64,000 nt of DNA from the NCBI GenBank assembly GCA_964421015.1, contig CAYQUS010000002.1, positions 145,872 through 209,871 on the forward strand, written 5' to 3'. Both the position numbers and the translations under genes were made by a program. This stretch comes from an uncultured Planctomycetia bacterium (lineage in GTDB: Bacteria; Omnitrophota; Gorgyraeia; Tantalellales; Tantalellaceae). The notes below the pieces were generated by a model that searched no databases, was not told the DNA's origin, and saw only the letters and a list, made by a program, of their open reading frames with translations. Below are positions 59,831-64,000 of this stretch, one piece after another. How positions within the stretch are numbered: position 1 is the first letter of the stretch; every line of letters starts with the position of its first letter.

Positions 59831-60288
59831 AGAATATCCGGAAAATACTTTTTGTTTGTACCGGTAACAGCTGTCGAAGCATAATGGCGGAGGCTTACCT
59901 GGATAAACTTGCCGCGGAACAGGGGGCGGCGATAGAAGTGGAATCCGCGGGAACACTCGGTATGGAGGGGTCAAGCCCGTCCAGGGAAGTGATAACTCTC
60001 TTGGGAAAAGAGGGGATAGATCCCTCGGGATACATGTCTAAAAGCCTGACCAAAGAAATGGTGGACTGGGCGGATATAATACTCGTCATGGCTCCGGAAC
60101 ATAAGCTCGCGGTTCTCGGTCTTTCCCCTGGATCGGAGAGCAAGGTCAGGTATCTCGGCGAGTTCGATCCTGACAGGAGCGAGATGATGATCCCCGACCC
60201 CATAGGAAGGCCTATGGCCTTTTACATGTCTTCGTTCAACGTTATAAAACGATCAGTGAAGGAGCTTTTGAGATGGCTGGAAAAATAG
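59827..60288 (+). CDS. low-molecular-weight protein-tyrosine phosphatase / ArsC-like
   Basis: Active-site P-loop [17 protein letters not shown]. Confidence 0.8.
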   Translation: MKNIRKILFVCTGNSCRSIMAEAYLDKLAAEQGAAIEVESAGTLGMEGSSPSREVITLLGKEGIDPSGYMSKSLTKEMVDWADIILVMAPEHKLAVLGLSPGSESKVRYLGEFDPDRSEMMIPDPIGRPMAFYMSSFNVIKRSVKELLRWLEK

Positions 60289-60737
60289 CGATAGGGTCAG
60301 ACCACGGGGGGTTCGCGCTTAAAGAGTTTCTGTCGGGGAAACTTAAAGAATGGGGCTACAAGGTATACGACGCGGGCACTGATTCTCCCGAACCCTGCGA
60401 TTATCCCGTCACAGGGTTCAAATGCGCCTCCAGGGTATCGGAGAAAAAAGAACCGAGGGGCATACTTATCTGCCGGACGGGAGTCGGCATGGCGGTTATA
60501 GCCAATAAACTCCCCGGAGTAAGGGCCGGGGTCTGCGGCAAAGTTTCGGAAGCCGTTTCTGCCAGGGAACACAACGACATAAACCTGCTGGTGCTTGCGG
60601 CCGACAGGATATCTAGAGACGACGCGGAGGCGACGGTAAAAGCGTGGCTCGAGACCCCGGCGCTCAAGGGCCGGCACGCCAAAAGAGTGCGGCTCATCAA
60701 GGAGTATGAGAAGAAAGTGTTCAGGGGGAAGAAATAA
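60273..60737 (+). CDS. rpiB: ribose-5-phosphate isomerase B
   Basis: [15 protein letters not shown] and RpiB/LacAB-family sequence. Confidence 0.85.
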   Translation: MAGKIAIGSDHGGFALKEFLSGKLKEWGYKVYDAGTDSPEPCDYPVTGFKCASRVSEKKEPRGILICRTGVGMAVIANKLPGVRAGVCGKVSEAVSAREHNDINLLVLAADRISRDDAEATVKAWLETPALKGRHAKRVRLIKEYEKKVFRGKK

Positions 60738-60860
60738 GGAGAAAGGAGTAAGGAGAAAGGAGTAAGGAGTAAGAGGAAAAGAAGGGTAAGACAGTGAAAC
60801 TGCCTAGTCGAACTGTCCCCGGCAATAGGGAGGGGACTAAGGTTGAGGTTAAGGGGAAGG
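60738..60860 (+). repeat. purine-rich (AGGAGTAAGGAG)n + AAGGTTGAGGTTAAGG module, copy G, between rpiB and glyA
   Basis: AAGGAGAAAGGAGTAAGGAGAAAGGAGTAAGGAGTAAGAGGAAAAGAAGGGTAAG...GGACTAAGGTTGAGGTTAAGGGGAAGGAG directly before the glyA ATG. Confidence 0.8.
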
Positions 60861-60867
60861 AGACCAT

Positions 60868-62136
60868 ATGAAAAATCTGTACAAGGCGGACCCGGAGATA
60901 TTTTCGGCTATCCTTGAGGAAACAAAAAGAGAAGAACACGGGATAGAACTTATAGCGAGCGAAAATTTTGTTTCCCGCGCGGTGATGGAAGCCGTTTCTT
61001 CGGCGATGACCAACAAATATGCCGAGGGATACCCCAAAGCCCGGTATTACGGCGGCTGCGAATGCGTCGATACCGCCGAAGAGATAGCTATACAAAGGGC
61101 TAAACAGCTTTTCGGCGCCGAACATGTCAACGTGCAGGCGCATTCAGGGTCACAGGCCAACATGGCCGTATATTTCACGGCTGTAAAGCCAGGGGACACG
61201 GTTCTTGCCATGGATCTTGCCTGCGGAGGGCACCTCACGCACGGGCATCCCAAGAATTTTTCAGGGATGTTCTACAATATGGTCTTTTACGGCGTTTCCC
61301 CCGAGACCGAGAAACTGGATTTCGGTGAAATAAGGAAAAAGGCTCTTGAAACTAAACCAAAAATGATAATTGCCGGGGCTTCGGCGTATCCCAGAACCAT
61401 AGACTTCGTAAAATTCAGGGAAATATGCGACGAAGTCGGAGCGGTCCTCATGGTAGATATGGCCCACATAGCCGGGCTTGTCGCCGCTGGGGAACACCCG
61501 AGTCCTGTGGGGGTCTCAGAGTTCGTTACGTCGACCACTCATAAGACGTTGAGAGGCCCCAGGTCGGGTATAGTTATGTGCCGCGGAGAATTCGCCAAGA
61601 AAATAGATTCCTCTGTGTTCCCGGGCATACAGGGGGGCCCCCTGATGCACATAATAGCGGCAAAGGCCGTTGCGTTCAAAGAGGCTCTTAAACCCGAGTT
61701 CAAGGTCTATCAGGGAAAGATCAAGACCAACGCCAGAAAGCTTTCGGAAGAACTTTCCTCAAGAGGTTTCAGGATAGTTTCCGGCGGGACCGACAATCAC
61801 CTTATGCTGGTCGATCTTTCCAACAAGGGGGTCACTGGAAAAGAAGCCACCGTATGCCTCGACAAAGCCGGGATAACCGTCAATAAGAACCTTATACCTT
61901 TCGACCAGAAGAGCCCGTTCGTAACTAGCGGCATAAGACTTGGAACCCCGGCAGTTACAACGCGCGGCATGGGAGAAAGAGAGATGGCCAGGATAGCCGA
62001 GCTTATAGACAGGGCCATAGCCGCAAGGGACGACGAGGCAAAGTTGAGCGCGATAAGGAAAGACGTCAAGGAAATGCTCCGGGATTTCCCGCTTTACGCT
62101 GATTGGATAAAAGAAATGGAGAACATAAAAGGGTAG
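60868..62136 (+). CDS. glyA: serine hydroxymethyltransferase
   Basis: LIASENFVS and the PLP-lysine motif [10 protein letters not shown]. Confidence 0.95.
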   Translation: MKNLYKADPEIFSAILEETKREEHGIELIASENFVSRAVMEAVSSAMTNKYAEGYPKARYYGGCECVDTAEEIAIQRAKQLFGAEHVNVQAHSGSQANMAVYFTAVKPGDTVLAMDLACGGHLTHGHPKNFSGMFYNMVFYGVSPETEKLDFGEIRKKALETKPKMIIAGASAYPRTIDFVKFREICDEVGAVLMVDMAHIAGLVAAGEHPSPVGVSEFVTSTTHKTLRGPRSGIVMCRGEFAKKIDSSVFPGIQGGPLMHIIAAKAVAFKEALKPEFKVYQGKIKTNARKLSEELSSRGFRIVSGGTDNHLMLVDLSNKGVTGKEATVCLDKAGITVNKNLIPFDQKSPFVTSGIRLGTPAVTTRGMGEREMARIAELIDRAIAARDDEAKLSAIRKDVKEMLRDFPLYADWIKEMENIKG

Positions 62137-62144
62137 GATAGGGT

Positions 62145-62639
62145 ATGGCAGGCAAAAGAAAAAAAGCTGAAAAAACCGGTGTTCCCGCCAAGGCCAAAAG
62201 GCCCAGCTGGGACGAGTATTTTCTCAGTATAGCCCATCTTGTGGCCACAAGGTCCACTTGTCTCAGGAGGCAGGTTGGAGCGGTTGTGGTAAAGAATAAA
62301 CAGATACTGGCCACGGGGTATAACGGCGCGCCCATGGGAGTTAAACATTGCGACGAGGTAGGTTGCCTAAGGGAAAAACTGAAGGTTCCCTCGGGAGAGA
62401 GGCATGAGCTTTGCAGGGCCCTGCACGCCGAACAGAACGCGTTTCTTCAGGCGGCCAGGCACGGCGTTAATCTTGACGGAGCCACGCTTTATGTTACCGT
62501 TCAGCCTTGCGCCATATGCGCTAAAATGATAATCAACGCCGGCATAAGAAAAATAGTCATAGACGGGAATTATCCCGATGAGTTCGCGGTTGGGTTCCTG
62601 AGGGAGTCCGGTGTCGAGATGACGGTGATGAAACGATGA
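62145..62639 (+). CDS. dCMP/cytidine deaminase-family zinc enzyme (ComEB-like)
   Basis: HAEQNA and PCAICAKMI zinc-ligand motifs. Confidence 0.8.
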   Translation: MAGKRKKAEKTGVPAKAKRPSWDEYFLSIAHLVATRSTCLRRQVGAVVVKNKQILATGYNGAPMGVKHCDEVGCLREKLKVPSGERHELCRALHAEQNAFLQAARHGVNLDGATLYVTVQPCAICAKMIINAGIRKIVIDGNYPDEFAVGFLRESGVEMTVMKR

Positions 62640-63085
62640 AATGTCCCTTTTGCGGCAACATAGACGACAAAGTTATAGATTCCAGGATGCAGGCGGAGGG
62701 CCTCAGCATAAGGCGCCGGCGAGAATGCCTGAAATGCGGGAAAAGATTCACTACCTACGAGTACGTTGAGAACGCTCCCATGATGGTGGTAAAAAGGGAC
62801 GGCACTAGAAAACGTTTCGACAGGGAGAAGATAAAAGAAGGCATAATGAAGGCCTGCGAAAAACGGCCGGTGAGCATGGACAGGATAGAAGATATAGTTG
62901 AAGAGATCACCAAAGAGGTCCACAGAAAAGCGGAAAGAGAAGTAAAGACCACCATTATAGGAAAAATGGTAATGGACCGTTTGTATGAGCTCGACGAAGT
63001 GGCTTATGTGCGGTTCGCCTCGGTATACAGAAGGTTCAAGGACGTCTCTCACTTCAAGAAAGAGCTGGAAAAATTCCTCGGATAG
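62636..63085 (+). CDS. nrdR: transcriptional repressor NrdR
   Basis: MKCPFCG...[12 protein letters not shown] zinc ribbon plus ATP-cone. Confidence 0.9.
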   Translation: MKCPFCGNIDDKVIDSRMQAEGLSIRRRRECLKCGKRFTTYEYVENAPMMVVKRDGTRKRFDREKIKEGIMKACEKRPVSMDRIEDIVEEITKEVHRKAEREVKTTIIGKMVMDRLYELDEVAYVRFASVYRRFKDVSHFKKELEKFLG

Positions 63086-63094
63086 AACCCCTTG

Positions 63095-64000
63095 TTACAT
63101 TTCCTCTATGGGCCTGTAAGTCTCCACGTCGGCTGAGTGCGCGTTAAGCCAATCGGTAACCGCGGTAGCCTGCTTGGAGGCGGTTATGCTTTTTTTGAGA
63201 GTTTCCCTGAGTTCCTCGGTAAGCTCCGAGGAAGGAGCCTTGTAGAGCTCGTCCACGCGCGTAAGAAGTATTCCCCTGTGGGTTATGAACGGGGGGATGT
63301 ATTTTTCTCCGCCCGAAGAGAACGCCGCTGACACCAGCTCTTTGGCCGGTGTTATGTCGTCGATCTTGCTTTCCGAGTTTATCTGCGCCGTCTTTTTGAC
63401 CGCCGCTCCGGCCTTCTCAGCCGCTTCCTCGAAAGTCAACTCGCCTTTGGATATCCCCTGGAAAAGTTCGTCAGCGAAGGTCTTGGCGGACTCTACGCTT
63501 TTTACGTTCCTGAGAGCCAGCGTTATCTCGGTTTTTACTTTATCGAAGGGAAGAAGCTGGGGAGTTTCCGTGCCGAAGCGCTTTATTATGAAAGCCGAGC
63601 CTTTATCCGGGGCGGAAAAAACCGGGAAACTTACTTCTCCGTCCTTGAGGGCGAAAGCTGTCTGATTGAAGTTCTCGGACCAGGACATTCCGGAGAGCTT
63701 TTCATCCTGGGCGAAAAGCTCGGTTTTACCGTATTTGTAACCCAGTTCGCCTGACCTTTTTTCGAAAGAAGCGTTCTCACGGGCGAGTTCCACCGCCAGG
63801 TTTTCAAGCGTCTTAGCCAGTTCGTTCTTCTCATCGGCGCTGGAATAAGGGATCTCAATGTATTCTACGGCCGCTTTTTCTTTAGAAAAAAGCCGGTCCT
63901 TGTTCCGGTCGTACGCCGCCAGGACCTCTTCTTCCGTGACCTCTACCTGCTCGAAATAGTTGTCCTTATCCACAAGAAAGTAGGAAAGAACGGCCTTGTC
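63095..64000 (-). CDS. periplasmic chaperone / PPIase-family (PpiD/SurA-like) protein, partial
   Basis: Minus-strand ORF runs open to the window edge. Sequence resembles the PpiD/SurA chaperone region. The N-terminus lies beyond 64000. Confidence 0.5.
   Translation of the reverse strand, partial: DKAVLSYFLVDKDNYFEQVEVTEEEVLAAYDRNKDRLFSKEKAAVEYIEIPYSSADEKNELAKTLENLAVELARENASFEKRSGELGYKYGKTELFAQDEKLSGMSWSENFNQTAFALKDGEVSFPVFSAPDKGSAFIIKRFGTETPQLLPFDKVKTEITLALRNVKSVESAKTFADELFQGISKGELTFEEAAEKAGAAVKKTAQINSESKIDDITPAKELVSAAFSSGGEKYIPPFITHRGILLTRVDELYKAPSSELTEELRETLKKSITASKQATAVTDWLNAHSADVETYRPIEEM

Overview
This 64 kb window is a gene-dense, almost entirely housekeeping region from a diderm (LPS-making) bacterium. 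The diderm call rests on bamA, skp, lpxC, fabZ, lpxI, lpxB and msbA being present. Gene order is strikingly Firmicute-like: ispE-spoVG-tRNA-glmU-prs-rplY-pth, rpsF-ssb-rpsR-rplI-dnaB, and rpsB-tsf-pyrH-frr.

Other blocks are:
- a transketolase split into N- and C-terminal halves, with an FtsH-like AAA protease and a lipoprotein gene lying between the halves
- glycerol catabolism genes glpK, glpA-like (BFD domain), glpB-like and a DUF1667 gene
- ilvBN, preceded by what look like two tandem leader-peptide attenuators
- a complete rnfCDGEAB operon
- purN, eno, ftsB, then purB-purM-purD-purE
- rpiB, glyA, a dCMP deaminase and nrdR

There are four tRNAs: Gln(UUG), Lys(UUU), Arg(ACG) next to tadA, and an initiator Met.

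I saw no CRISPR array, transposase, integrase or recognisable defence or toxin system. The most unusual content is non-coding. A modular family of intergenic repeats sits after stop codons, including inside operons. It has a purine-rich GGAGAAAGG-type module, an (AGGTTG)n module and a GTCATTCTGAG...CAGGATGAC hairpin module. A TIR-bounded ~140-bp element occurs once on its own and again as a 2.3-copy tandem array of ~245-bp units. Thirteen-bp GGTGCCWGGCACC palindromes bracket an alpha/beta-hydrolase gene, and two of them sit in-frame inside that gene. Product names come from recognisable motifs in the supplied translations only; no database search was run.
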